A DNA stretch of 63,419 nucleotides, filler included, from Octopus bimaculoides (taxonomy: Eukaryota), in assembly GCF_001194135.2 (NCBI RefSeq). It is 5 parts of 4 records of this genome, joined end to end, with 100 filler letters (N's around TTAATTAATTAA, not from the genome) between each part and the next. Parts side by side here need not be neighbours in the genome. Positions count along the whole stretch, not along the records: positions 1 to 27,205 come from NC_068983.1; 4 more parts are not named here. One strand, given 5' to 3'. Shown here in pieces: positions 12,635-25,904 of this stretch. Position 1 is the stretch's first letter. Each line of letters opens with the position of its first letter. The notes beneath the pieces are model-generated. The model worked only from the letters and a program-made list of their open reading frames with translations. It did no database searches and was not told where the DNA came from. Both the position numbers and the translations under genes were made by a program.

Positions 12635-13377
12635 TATGTTATATATTTATATATAATATATATGATACATACGCATGTAAAATATACATACGCATATAAA
12701 ATATAAATTATATATAAGATATATATAATACATACACACATAAAATATGTGTATACCCATATACAATTTTCTATCCTGCTATTCATTAATACAAACGCAC
12801 AAACACTCACTAACACGCACACACACGCGCGCACATACACACTTACACATACAAATACACATACACAAACACTCTACACACTAAATACATACATACATGT
12901 ATGTATGTATGTATTGGGTAAGAGATGCATAACTATTTCTGTACTACGAAGCGTTAGATGACCCTTTCCCATCTATTCACGTGTAAATGGACAAAATTAA
13001 TTAACAAAGAATGAACAAATTACACTTCCAAGATGTGAAAGCAAGATTAGCTGACAAAAGCCCACTGCAACTATAATTTATCAGCGACAATTTCGTCTCA
13101 CAAAATTTACCGCTAACGAAACTATCATCTGGGAACCGACACATGCATGGACGAACCGCAGGTATTCTTCCAGTCCATAGTCATAAAATTACTTATGTTA
13201 AACTGGGAAATGTGAGATATTCGTTATAGCCTTCGACACATGTCCATGTAATTAGTCAATTGATTATGAGGATAATTAATACGAAATAATTAACGTATAT
13301 CATTCAATATCACGTTTAATTGCTATATTGCTGGGACATTTCAAATATCTATTAATTGAAAAGTTATTGGTACAGTT

Positions 13378-13660
13378 ATAGCTGTGTGGTTAAGAAGCAT
13401 GTTTTGCAACCATGTGATTTAAAATGCAGTCTGGCTGCGTGACACTTTGGAACTGCGTCTTTTATTTGACAGCCAGACGTACTAATACCGTGTCAGTGAA
13501 TTTGGGAAACGGAGACGGTTGATAATTGTCATACATATATGAGATTTAAGACTGCGTATGAGACGTAAAGTTATGTACTGGGTCGAATTTATTCGACTAC
13601 ACCATTCAGTGGTATCTCAGCATGACTGCACTGTAGTGACTGGAACAAGTGAAAAGGGAA
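13378..13660 (+). mobile_element. SINE family A, highly degenerate with deletion
   Basis: gctgtgtggttaagaagc head and cagcatgactgca..gactggaacaagtgaaaag tail match family A. Confidence 0.65.
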
Positions 13661-15514
13661 ATATAAGAGAAACAAATTTCATGCTCATTATCTAATCACC
13701 TAAGATCCCGGAGAGGAAGTGTAATCTTAAGACAGAAAACTGAACTACCGGCACTTGTATCATAAAATTGAAATGAAGGAAGTGCAACTGCGTACTCGGT
13801 AAAATTTGAACTGTGATCATACATGCTGCATATGACTATTACGAAGATAATTTGGGACATGTCTGTAAATAGTGAAAAAATCGATGCGAACACTGTGAAA
13901 AAAAAACCCAAAGAGAAAGGAGGTAATATTTGATGCCCTTATCTTAATAAGCACAATATTGATCGAAAGAAGATAGAAATTCTATTAAAGTATGATGGCG
14001 TTGAAGTTTAATTAATTGCACAAATAGAATGTAGTAAAGTGTATAAGAAATAATAATATGAAAAAATCCTGTCTATTGAACTGTATACGATAAACCCATG
14101 AACTCAGGAACAGATTCAGAAGGAAAAAAAAAGCACAAGCCAGACAGCATTACACACATATGATATAGTACTACTTGGAATAGCAAACATGCCATTGCAT
14201 AAACGTATATACAACAATTCATATAGAAAAAAATACGAAACAATAAAAATTGATCTTTAACAAATAAATTGTGTTCCAGGAATAAATTTTAAACTGATTA
14301 TCTAATTGGCACAAATCTAATCAAACGAAAATTACATCATAATATTCACACCTGGGAAACATATATGTGTAACTGTACTACAGCGAAAATCTTGTACGAA
14401 ACTATCTTTTAAATATACCTTATAATATTGGCTGTTAAAGTAATGATATAATTTGCATTAATCTTGTACACGAATAATGTTTAAATAATACCACAGACTT
14501 TTGTATTAAATAACTGAGTGTGATAATCTGTTCAGTGGTATACCATAATCTGGGCCATGATTATCAATACAGCAGTCGCTTCCATCTCGTCAGTAAGTAA
14601 TGTCTGAAAACTGATCTTTTATAGCTCTTACTCATTTACCATATTGTTTAGTTCTAAGTCAACTTTAATCGAGCAGATCTAACAATTCTCTTTTACATCT
14701 AATATTTAACTGTTCTTCATCTTTTGTTAATATAAGGATTGCGATGAAAAATATCTACTAGCTATTTCCAGCCGAATAAGAAACTATGCAAATACTGTCT
14801 AATTATAAAGGCTAGTTCTCACTTAAAAGTTGTAGCAGCAAACATCATTGTACTCGAGTTGCCTGTGATCTGAAGTGCTACTTAACATTGAATAAACGAA
14901 TCCATCTGAAAGCGCCGCTAAACAGAAGAATGACATTTGACCATTCTTTCAGAAAGCATCGATGTGATTCATATAATGTAATCGATTCATTCATGGCGTT
15001 TGATTGGTCTCATATATTACAGTAAAATCGAAATACCCCGCCGGATTTGAGATAAAGCACATTGCTTGAATACATGGAAACGATTTTATATTTCAATATT
15101 CACGATATGTCACATGTAAACTTGGCTGAGCTACAACTAACAGCTCTGTGCTTTATTTGAATTTATTAGGCGCATGTAGCAGAGTTAGGTAAGATATGCT
15201 CATTGTCAGAAAGAGAAGAAAAAAGACAAGGTATATAATTTCTTTTGAACTTTATATGTTATCCTTAATGTACATACGTTTCGCCGCTTCATTCTTCTGT
15301 TGAACTCCATAAAACCAGGGTTAGTCGTCTGTATCAGAGTATACCAATGTTGAAAGGTACGAAGCATCCTTTAAAGCCATGTGTTATCAGTGAAGATGTG
15401 CCTTGGTATATCACAAGAGAAAAAGATTATCCACATATATTACTTCATTAAAGTTATCCAGGAAAGCGTTATTTTTATGCTCTCTGGAACCTATAGGAGA
15501 ACCTATTTCTACAT

Positions 15515-15690
15515 GTACTAGTCACTGGAATGCAGCCATGCTAAGGTTGTAGACAAATGAATTAACCCCAACGCATATTTAAAAATCTGATAGTTATCGG
15601 TCAAATTATGCTGAACTGTAAAGTTACGGGGACGTAAGTAAACCAACACATGTCAAATGATGTGTGTGGGGAAACAAACACATACACAGA
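15515..15690 (-). mobile_element. SINE family A 3' half, degenerate
   Basis: gcagccatgct..gctgaactgtaaagttacggggacgtaa..ggggaaacaaacac matches family A in reverse. Confidence 0.6.
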
Positions 15691-16514
15691 TATATGTATG
15701 TGTGTACATTTATAAGTATATATGCATCAATATGTGTATATACATATATATATGCATATGTATTTATCTGCATATATTTATGTGTGCATATAACGCTTTG
15801 TATATATGGAGAAATTTGTATGCGTTCGTCTCTGTAATTTCCTGTTCTTTTTCATTTTGTTTGTATGTAGACTAGTGTATTCACGTGTGTGTGCATACAA
15901 GTAACCTACTAGCATTACTTTGGTTGTCCTTATTCATTTCCTGATTTTGTTCCATGTTCCAATTATTTCCTCTTCTCTGTCATCAGCTATAAGCTTTTAT
16001 TATTCATGTTTATCTCTCCTAAGTAATAGTAAATCCAGTTTCTGGTGCACCAGCTTCGCATCATTGACCACAGAAATATTAATGCGATAATGTCATGCCG
16101 TATCCAGTACAATAATTTAACTCTGTGGTAACGAAACGAAACCAATCCCCTATCTAACTCCCTAATATAAACGGTAAGAAGAGAACGGCATTATTTTTTA
16201 CCGATTCCACACACCATAAGTTTTTTTAATTCCTTTTGCTTCCCCGTATTCTTTTTCTTTTCGTTTTTGTTCTTTTGAATTCTCTTATGGCAGACTACAA
16301 TCAACTTGTTAGTCTAATGTATCTCATGAAAAGTACTCTAGGCACCTATGTGAAATTCATCATTTTGCGTAAGATGTACCAGGTGTACATTGAAACAGCT
16401 GTTGTACTCGAATACTGCTTTCATTCCATTTGTTTTTACACACAAACACACACATACACACACACACACACACGCTCACACACACATGTGACACACTTCT
16501 TATAATTCCCATGT

Positions 16515-16646
16515 ACGAAATATGTTCACGTGGATTTAGTTGGCCAGGGCTACAGCGGGAAACACTTGCCCAAGATGTCATGCAGTGGCACTTATCTCGG
16601 AATTATTTAGTTGGGAAGCAATTTTCTTATTGTATACCCACACCTG
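16515..16646 (-). mobile_element. SINE family A head, degenerate
   Basis: acacttgcccaagatgtcatgcagtgg..ttgggaagc matches the family A head in reverse. Confidence 0.6.
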
Positions 16647-16679
16647 AGTTAGTAATTAAGCGAATCTTTAAAAAACGAA

Positions 16680-16740
16680 AGTTTAAGGCGAGATTGTAAC
16701 TCGCGGCCTTTTGCATGTAAAGCAGACGTCATAATCACTA
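16680..16740 (-). pseudogene. tRNA-Val(TAC) pseudogene, 5' 12 nt lost
   Basis: Minus strand TAGTGATTATGACGTCTGCTTTACATGCAAAAGGCCGCGAGTTACAATCTCGCCTTAAACT matches the metazoan tRNA-Val(TAC) body; T-stem gcgag/ctcgc intact; T6 run 4 nt downstream; 5' acceptor strand absent. Confidence 0.7.
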
Positions 16741-17044
16741 AAGATGTAGATGAATATAATTCGTGTTACATATGCCTGCTACCGTTTTATTCTCTAAAGA
16801 TTACTTAACTAAATCTACAAAATTTACACGTATATAACATTTCACTCAGGCATCAAACTGGAAATCTATCGAAATACAATTTATACGATATTGAAAACAA
16901 TGCATTTCGTACTCACATTTAATAATTGATACTCCTAAATAGATGTACATAGACATACACGTACAAACCAACTACAAATAAACAAGGATTCAATGTAGAC
17001 AGAAATAGTAAGTATACTACTTTACTATTCAGAAACAGTAAAGG

Positions 17045-18335
17045 AAAAATTAATCATTTCTTCTACATGGATGATCTGAAGCTTTTTTACTAAGAATAAC
17101 CAAAGAAAGAGATAGAGTCTTTAACTGAAAGCGCTAAGATACTTCAACAGAGATAAAGGAATGGAAGTTGTGATATATTAATGATGGAAAAGGTGACAGG
17201 TAGTCATCAGTGAAGACATCCAATTACTAGATAGCCAGACATTAAAATCACTGAAAGAAGGAGAGAGTTGTTAATATCTAAGAGTATTAGAATCTGATAA
17301 ATTACTAACTATAGATATGAGAACGAAAATTGAGATGGAGTACATCAGAATGTTGAGGAAGCTAATGAAGTCAAAGTGAAATGATTCGAATCTAGCGAAG
17401 GCTGTAATTACTTGGCTAGTATCATTACTTAGATCCTTTACAACTTTTACAGATTGGAAAAATATACATTAGAAAATCTAGACAGAAGTACTTGTAAGGA
17501 TTTCAATATGAATGGATGACTTCACCCCAAATTATACTTACCTGGAAAGTAACGTGGAAAAGGGTTAATATGAGTAGAAGACTGCCTTGTGTAAGCAAGA
17601 CCAGATATAGCTTCCTATGTAGGTAATTGTGAAAAAAGTTTACTAAGAGCTACTCGAGTCACAGTGCGACAAAGAGAAAGTCAAAAAAGCCAAATGAAGT
17701 TAAGAATGAGAGAAATCAACAAAGATTATCTGACTAGTGAGAGAAGGCCGTGTATGGTAGATTCTGAAAGATAGTTGCGGGAAATAGTAATAGTGAGACT
17801 TCCTTATGTTTGAAGAAAGGCTGAAAAGGGAGACAGAAATGTTTTTCGTAGCAGCATAAGATCAAGCGTTTAAAGACTAACTGTATAAAAGCCAAGACAT
17901 ATACAAACCAGGTAGATACTCAATGTAGGTTATGTAACTGAAAAGAGGAATGTGTTAATCATATATTAAGTGAATGTAGCATGCTGGCACAGAAAGAATA
18001 TGAGAAAAATATGACAACGCAGGGAGAGTAATCCACTAGGAGTTATGTAGAAAGCTACGATTTGATGATGCTGATAAGTGGTATGAACATGAACCTAGAA
18101 AACACTTATATAAGATCTCAGATACTTTAACAATCAGATAGACAGAGTAATGGAAAGTCCTATTGAGTAGTAGTAGACTAAGAGAATAGCATGTGCCAGA
18201 TAATTGACTTTACAGTCCCAAATGACAAGAAAGGCAATGAGAGGCATAGAGAAAATAGTAAAGTACCAGGACGTTGCCATTCAGGTACAGAAACTATGGA
18301 AAGTCCGGATAAAGTAGGAAATTGCTTTTCAAACA
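17045..18335 (+). mobile_element. R4/Dong-clade LINE remnant (RT, CCHC, RLE), heavily decayed
   Basis: Translated motifs INHFFYMDDLKLF (RT), CRLCN.KEECVNHILSECSMLAQKEY (CCHC), CQIIDFTVPND..KYQDVAIQVQKLWKV (RLE); many stops and frameshifts. Confidence 0.9.
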
Positions 18336-18369
18336 ATTTAATCTCTTGTGCAAATATGAAATAAAAGTA

Positions 18370-18412
<43 letters not shown>
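18370..18412. repeat. (TGA)n microsatellite
   Basis: Pure tga run between the LINE 3' end and a SINE C tail. Confidence 0.95.
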
Positions 18413-18414
<2 letters not shown>

Positions 18415-18482
18415 ACAAATCTTGGCACAAGGCCAAGATTTTGGGAGAGTCAGTCCGTCAATCACAATGACATCCACTGGTA
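18415..18482 (-). mobile_element. SINE family C 3' tail fragment
   Basis: ggcacaaggccaagattttgggagag is the reverse of the family C tail cccaaaattt..ggccttgtgcc. Confidence 0.55.
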
Positions 18483-18489
18483 TATATCT

Positions 18490-18520
<31 letters not shown>

Positions 18521-18611
18521 TATATAAATGCCAATAAACGCTCACGCACCTCCGGATATACAGAAATACATATCCATAGGGGCACCGCTCTAAGACACTT
18601 GTAGTATATTG

Positions 18612-18821
18612 GTTTCAGACTTTGGCATAGGGCCAGAATTTTCGGGCAAGTGAGTAAGTCGATTACATCGACCCCAGTGATCAACATGTACTTATTTCAC
18701 TGATCCCGAAAAGATGAAAACGACAGTCGACTCGCGCAGCATCGAAACTTCGTACGTAAAAACAGACAAAAATGCCGCAAAGCATTTTACCCTACATACT
18801 AACAATTCTGAATGCTCGGCG
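18612..18821 (-). mobile_element. SINE family C, degenerate
   Basis: gtcgattacatcgaccccagt..cccgaaaagatgaaa..gtcgac matches copy 54524-54733 in reverse. Confidence 0.75.
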
Positions 18822-20845
18822 CTTTGTACAGGTAGTTTATTGCCTTTCTCTATTTTAAATCAAAACTGATTGAATGGAATTCCTCCCTTCATTGCCCCTG
18901 AATTTATTACTTATGTATAAAAGTGAGTAATTTTTCCTTTCCCCGTACATTACATTTTAAATGTCAAGAAAAAGAATGCTATTCAACAAAATTCAACAAA
19001 TCATCAAAACTGGTTAATTTGTCTCTGATTTGGTATGAGCGAAGCAAACGAATTCATGTGAAGTTTGAGTCTGGTCTTTCGCAAGAAAGTTTGCAGCTAC
19101 AAACATATTTTGGCATCATGACACCATCTGCAAAAAGCAGGTGAGAGCATTCACATTACCGTTTTGAGTAAGTATTATTGAGACGGTGTTACGAGGCCGA
19201 AAGATATTTGGAGCTGTAAACTTAGCTACATACATCCATTCATCTTTTAATTGATCTGGATGTCAAATACTACATGTGTGTCTTTTTGACAAGAATTATT
19301 TACTAAAAGTGATCAAATTTCTCTTAGATATGTATTACTAAGTAAAGGATTTTCTTTTTTGTTCATTATCTTACAGACATCCCTCTTTTAAATAGGTTAT
19401 TCACGCAGAAAATATTTTGAAGGTGTCCCATACAAGTTCCATCCATTCACAAAGAAATGTGTTTGGTGTGTTTGACTAAAATTTCAAAAATCATGCTATT
19501 TGGTTTCAACCATATGTCTCTTTCGTAGTGGTGATCACTTTCTATATCTCTGGTCGTTTTTACATTACGTCATATTCTCTGTTGAGAGACGGAGTATTCC
19601 TTGGAAGGAAGACTTAATGTAAATTACCTTGTATAACTAACATTTACAGTCTGATCAATAAAGTACTCATGAAATATCGCAATGACATGCTTGGGATTGA
19701 GAGTTTAATCATACGCTTAATCCAATGAAGACAATTTGTAATTTTGTGTTTTGCAACGGGTAGAGTAGTAAAAGTAGCGTATAATTCGTGCATTCTGTCC
19801 AAGACGTGTTCAAGGCCATACATTTGTAAGGCTCTTTCAGCTAATATGTCTTTCCTATGATCCTTTTCTTGTCCCGCAACGCATATTAGATATTGATTAT
19901 AATTTATTATTTATTTAGACAATCAATTCGTGTATAAGTGGCTCACCTGAGATGAAATGAATCTGCAAGCGAGCCCTATCCGCATGTTCTTCAATAATAC
20001 CTTTGAATTCTCCTCTTCGCGAAAATTCAAAAGAAATCGCTTTTATGAGAGGACCGTTTACAGATTCTTGCTTTCACATTCTGATACATTATTGTTTTCG
20101 AAGTTTTATGACTTGATCTCTTAGGATTTATGACTATATAATAATAGTCATGTCCAAAAGTATGTGTGCTTGTACGCCTATCAAGTTCTCGTTTTCGAAT
20201 TTTACAAGGTTTTTCTTTTGTATCATCATTCTTCCTGTTATTCTGGTTCCGTATATCATAGAGGTTACATAAGACTAATTTTCATAACTGTTAAGTTATT
20301 TGTTATTCTAGGATTCGTTTTCATTGTGTCAACACATACGATCCGTTCCTCTACTGATTCCATCATAATGTGTTCACATCAATAAGAACCATAAAACCGA
20401 AGTAACAATAACAACACATCGACATCAACAACGAAAATTTATGATCATAAATAATAATGATAATCTTAATTACCATGTTCTGACTATAATGATTTCAAAT
20501 AATAAATGGCTGCAACAAAAAACAATACATTCGAAGACAAAGAACACAACCACTTATTGTAAACAATGAAGTATTTACAGCACTGTCTCTTTCTTCATAA
20601 GAGTTAAGAGACAAGACAAGCTGAACACACACCGACAAACATGTAATATTATAGTGCACACACACTCACAGAAACCCACAAACACAAACGCATAGACGCA
20701 CACACACCCATACACATACACGCACTCACACACATACATATATGTATGCCTTTACGACTATTAAGGGGATGCTACACAGCGCAAGCCGCCCCGTTATATA
20801 CATATATGTAAATACATATATGTAAATACATATATGTAAATACAC

Positions 20846-20901
<56 letters not shown>

Positions 20902-21476
20902 NNNNNNNNNNNNNNNNNNNNNNNNNNNNNNNNNNNNNNNNNNNNNNNNNNNNNNNNNNNNNNNNNNNNNNNNNNNNNNNNNNNNNNNNNNNNNNNNNNN
21001 NNNNNNNNNNNNNNNNNNNNNNNNNNNNNNNNNNNNNNNNNNNNNNNNNNNNNNNNNNNNNNNNNNNNNNNNNNNNNNNNNNNNNNNNNNNNNNNNNNNN
21101 NNNNNNNNNNNNNNNNNNNNNNNNNNNNNNNNNNNNNNNNNNNNNNNNNNNNNNNNNNNNNNNNNNNNNNNNNNNNNNNNNNNNNNNNNNNNNNNNNNNN
21201 NNNNNNNNNNNNNNNNNNNNNNNNNNNNNNNNNNNNNNNNNNNNNNNNNNNNNNNNNNNNNNNNNNNNNNNNNNNNNNNNNNNNNNNNNNNNNNNNNNNN
21301 NNNNNNNNNNNNNNNNNNNNNNNNNNNNNNNNNNNNNNNNNNNNNNNNNNNNNNNNNNNNNNNNNNNNNNNNNNNNNNNNNNNNNNNNNNNNNNNNNNNN
21401 NNNNNNNNNNNNNNNNNNNNNNNNNNNNNNNNNNNNNNNNNNNNNNNNNNNNNNNNNNNNNNNNNNNNNNNNNNNN

Positions 21477-21518
<42 letters not shown>

Positions 21519-22254
21519 AAAGAAAAGATAATTAAAATCTCAGCCATCTTTCAAACCATTGGGAAATAAAAAAAACAACTCTTGGTTGAAATTGATAAGA
21601 AAATAGTCTTTAGAATATCGAAAATCTATAGAATAAGCGATTACAAGAAAAAAAAGTGTATGGATATACGTGGGTATTCTTCATATCTTCTAGTCTTATT
21701 CAAATTCATCACTAATAGACGAAAAGTCACAAAACACGTTTATTTCACTGAATTTTAAGGGAACATCCACTTCACTGTAATTCTTGTATACATATATATA
21801 TATATGCATATATTTATGTGTTCACGTCTACACGTATCTGTGTTTGTATGCGCATGGAGTGTTATTTGTTATTAATTTATCCATATAGGGCACGACATTT
21901 AATTACTTATTTAGGATATCCTATGCTCTACGACATACCAAGACATACAGCTGAATAATGATGTAGCGCAAGGACACAGGCTGCAACAATCATAAAATGT
22001 ACATAATCACTGAAAAGCTACACGTTAGAATCCATATTTAATGTAACTATTCATCCTTTGCATATATCGGAAGTGTATATTCCGTAAATCTATATTATAG
22101 GATATAATGTTTATCATCGCCTAAACGTGGGTATTCTTGAAGAACACATGATATTGCTATCTTGATTTCAGGTGAAAGCTTCCTCCAGTTGAGTCTTCAG
22201 TGCGCTTCGCTCTCGAGATATATTGCATGATTTAGTTGAACTTGCTGCAATAGT

Positions 22255-22736
22255 GTGTCATGCCAAGCATTAGATAATATTTTGAAGATAAGGCGTTTTG
22301 TTTTTAGCAAGACGTTGCACCTCCACACTATCATCGCGATGTTAGATACTTCCTTGATGAGATCTTGCTAAACAGGTGGATTGGACGAAGGGGTTTCATT
22401 GATATCTTCCACGTTCACTAGACCTGACGACACTAGACTTTTTTTATGGGGAAACCCAACAGAAAAAGTCTACGAACTTATGAAACTTGGAACAGTTGCT
22501 GATTTGAGAGCAGCCATTGACCGAGAATGCACACAAATATCAAAGGAATTGTTTCGTGGTATTTGCGATTCCATTGCTTCGTGTTGTGACCAGTGCCTGG
22601 ACCAGAATGGACGCCAGTTTGAAAACAGGCGTTGACAAAACAATAATTCTATTAAATTTTGTAAACGAAATGTATTTTAATAAACACCGACTTCACAATT
22701 ATCTGAAGTGTGCATACATTTATTGGGGTCACCCTG
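22255..22736 (+). mobile_element. Tc1/mariner transposon 3' remnant (DD41D-like)
   Basis: QDVAPPHYHRDVR..RWIGRRG..PRSLDLTTLDFFLWG..QCLDQNGRQFE; about 41 residues between the last two Asp after frameshift correction; terminus ggggtcaccctg|TA. Confidence 0.85.
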
Positions 22737-22737
22737 T

Positions 22738-22788
<51 letters not shown>

Positions 22789-23724
22789 NNNNNNNNNNNN
22801 NNNNNNNNNNNNNNNNNNNNNNNNNNNNNNNNNNNNNNNNNNNNNNNNNNNNNNNNNNNNNNNNNNNNNNNNNNNNNNNNNNNNNNNNNNNNNNNNNNNN
22901 NNNNNNNNNNNNNNNNNNNNNNNNNNNNNNNNNNNNNNNNNNNNNNNNNNNNNNNNNNNNNNNNNNNNNNNNNNNNNNNNNNNNNNNNNNNNNNNNNNNN
23001 NNNNNNNNNNNNNNNNNNNNNNNNNNNNNNNNNNNNNNNNNNNNNNNNNNNNNNNNNNNNNNNNNNNNNNNNNNNNNNNNNNNNNNNNNNNNNNNNNNNN
23101 NNNNNNNNNNNNNNNNNNNNNNNNNNNNNNNNNNNNNNNNNNNNNNNNNNNNNNNNNNNNNNNNNNNNNNNNNNNNNNNNNNNNNNNNNNNNNNNNNNNN
23201 NNNNNNNNNNNNNNNNNNNNNNNNNNNNNNNNNNNNNNNNNNNNNNNNNNNNNNNNNNNNNNNNNNNNNNNNNNNNNNNNNNNNNNNNNNNNNNNNNNNN
23301 NNNNNNNNNNNNNNNNNNNNNNNNNNNNNNNNNNNNNNNNNNNNNNNNNNNNNNNNNNNNNNNNNNNNNNNNNNNNNNNNNNNNNNNNNNNNNNNNNNNN
23401 NNNNNNNNNNNNNNNNNNNNNNNNNNNNNNNNNNNNNNNNNNNNNNNNNNNNNNNNNNNNNNNNNNNNNNNNNNNNNNNAGATAGATAGATAGATAGAAA
23501 GATAGATAGATAGATAGATAGAAAGATAGTCACGTCAGAATAATAGTAGACTTACTTGCAAAAAAGGACGTGTGCGTTCAATAATGTAATAATACAAGTG
23601 TGTGTGTGTGTTTGTGTATGTGTGTGTGTGTGTGTGTCTGTGTGTGTGTGTGCGTGTGTACATACATACATACATACATACATACATACATACATACTTA
23701 CATACATACATACATACATACATA

Positions 23725-24200
23725 GAGGGTGCGGTAAATAAATTGTCTCCTAAATTACGCGGAAATGAAAATAATACTGATATCTCATTTTAAGAGATGT
23801 ATTTATCAAAATTACATAAAAATATTCCTGAAATGCTAAAGAGTAAATTTATTCAATGAAATCGACATTGGCTTCAACCACAGCCTTTGTAATCCTCTGA
23901 AACTTTTTTGGACGGACTCTGTGTTTAAGTTGTGAATGCTGCCATAATCCTTCAGTTCATATTCGGTGTTACAAGAAGTTTTGTTTGTCTCTCGTTCAAC
24001 TGCGTCACACATAATAATCAAGAGATTTCCAGTCTGGGAAGTTAGGTGGCCAGATGTTAGGGTTGATGTTGTTGCAGAAATTGTGTGACAGCCATGACTG
24101 GGTTCTCTTGCACGTCTGGCATGGTTCAGAGTCCTTTTGCCAGACATAGGGTCTTCCAGCAGCTACTCTTTTGACCCAGGGCAGCACTACCTCCTACAGG
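23725..24200 (-). mobile_element. Tc1/mariner (maT/DD37D) transposon 3' remnant
   Basis: LPWVKRVAAGRPYVWQKDSEPC..WPPNFPDWKSLDYYV has 37 residues between D and D; TIR gagggtgcggtaaataaa; same family as 5616-6380. Confidence 0.85.
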
Positions 24201-25587
24201 CTTTCCATAGTGTTACTTATGCAATTACTAACATAACTAAGTGCACCGTTCATTATGATATAAATTTACTATTTCGGTAGAGGAACTGCAAGCTTCGAAG
24301 CAGTTGGCTATAAATATATTCTATGCTGAACCGTAAAAAAAATATTTACATCTGCTCTGCAGTTAACCAAGCACATTCTTTTTTTTCTCAACCAACTATA
24401 TGTTTTGCTGCATTTATTGTCAGTGTAAATTTTAATACCAAAATACCGTATATACATATATTCCTTATTTGGAATTTATGAATATAATCATTAACATAAA
24501 TACTCTGACTACGGTGTGTGTTGTTGTGATATTGCTTTAGAAATAACCTCTTATAGTATGGAAAGATAATTTTAAAGTTACGTATCTGAATAGTAAATGA
24601 ATATATACGTAATGATTTATGTATCCCTAATCGACATTTTTATTGGATTTTTGCCATTTAAGTAATTTGAAATATGTTTCTTTATCAAGAATTTAGTAGT
24701 AGTAACTTCTTCGTAGTTGAAATGCCTAGACTTGAATAGACGCTTCTCTTCATGTCTATATTGTCACCATTTCTATATTTCTGAGAAAAATTCCATTCTC
24801 AGACATAATATTTTATTTATAAGCATTTTCATTAGCTTTCTTGATATTTTGCATTTGTCCAGAATGTTGACACAAGTTTGTAATGGAGAATCGCTAATTT
24901 ATTCAGCTACAATACTAAATAAAAACTATTTATCTAATTACGTCTAAACCGCAATTTTCTCTGATTCTACAGTAAAATAATTAATGAACCCATATAAACG
25001 CCCCCATTACAATTTTATATTAATTGTATCTCTGATGCGTCAACTTATTTTAAAGTAGTGGAATGCATTGTCTCGTTTCTTTTATGTTATTTTGCTTTTT
25101 TTATTTGTTACTGTTGATTTTATTAAGCTTAATCATTTTTTTTGTTTCAAGAGGGTTAATTTACGTCGATATTCGAAAAATAAGAAAAATAAATGGTTTC
25201 CTCGCATTACGTGCGTCTGCACCTATTTCACTAGTAAGAAAAAACTTTTCATTGAATCAAGTATTTCTTAACAATTAACAATATCGCGAGATATAAACAT
25301 GTCATTTATAAATTTAGAAAGTACAACAACTTTCGTAAAAGGGGACGACTATATTCACCGGCGAATATCCCTATACTTCCTGGCTAATAGGCCGTCCAGT
25401 TTTTGGTTCCTTCAAACTGTCTCTACCCATCTACGTTACATAACAGCATGAAGCTATCTGAATATACCAGAATATTCTTGAACAAGGGTTGCTGTGTAAA
25501 ATCTCAGTGTATATCAAGTATGAGAAAAATGAAACATTATCAATACATATGTTCGGCACTTCTGTTGCCGTACTAATCATGTGTCTT

Positions 25588-25616
25588 AAACCCTAACCCT
25601 AACCCTAACCCTAAAG
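25588..25616. repeat. Short telomere-like (CCCTAA/CCCTAAA)n tract
   Basis: aaccctaaccctaaaccctaaccctaaa, four units. Confidence 0.8.
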
Positions 25617-25694
25617 TTCTGTGATCTGTGTATGCCCAAAAAGATTACTCCTACCACCAAAAGTATTTAACAATGATTTAGATTAAGTATTCAC

Positions 25695-25904
25695 TTCTAT
25701 GCTACACAGATAATCCACATATTTTTTGTCGAATGTATACTCAATTGTATCAAGCCTTACAACATAGTCGATCTTACTTATGTCGGAAAACCCCGGAAAA
25801 TAGAACGAAAATGTTTTAACATCGACTAGATTCGAAGTCAGAAATAAAAGAGATAGAACTAAATAATTTGTAGCATTCCGTCGGATCTTTAACGGTTCTA
25901 CCAT
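25695..25904 (-). CDS. Speculative first coding exon of a secreted-type protein
   Basis: gtaATGG start context, 70 open codons with hydrophobic LVLSLLFLTS, ending GAA|GTGAAT; no recognisable family. Confidence 0.2.

Noticed and set aside
13700-13862. Minus-strand segment with AG/GT boundaries and one open frame
   Set aside because: No recognisable protein and no partner exons; chance splice-like pairs are common in 63 kb.
15262-15300. tgaagcggcgaaacg on the minus strand, hammerhead/Penelope-like
   Set aside because: No CTGANGA core or stem II and no Penelope coding nearby; same for the motif at 52700-52730.
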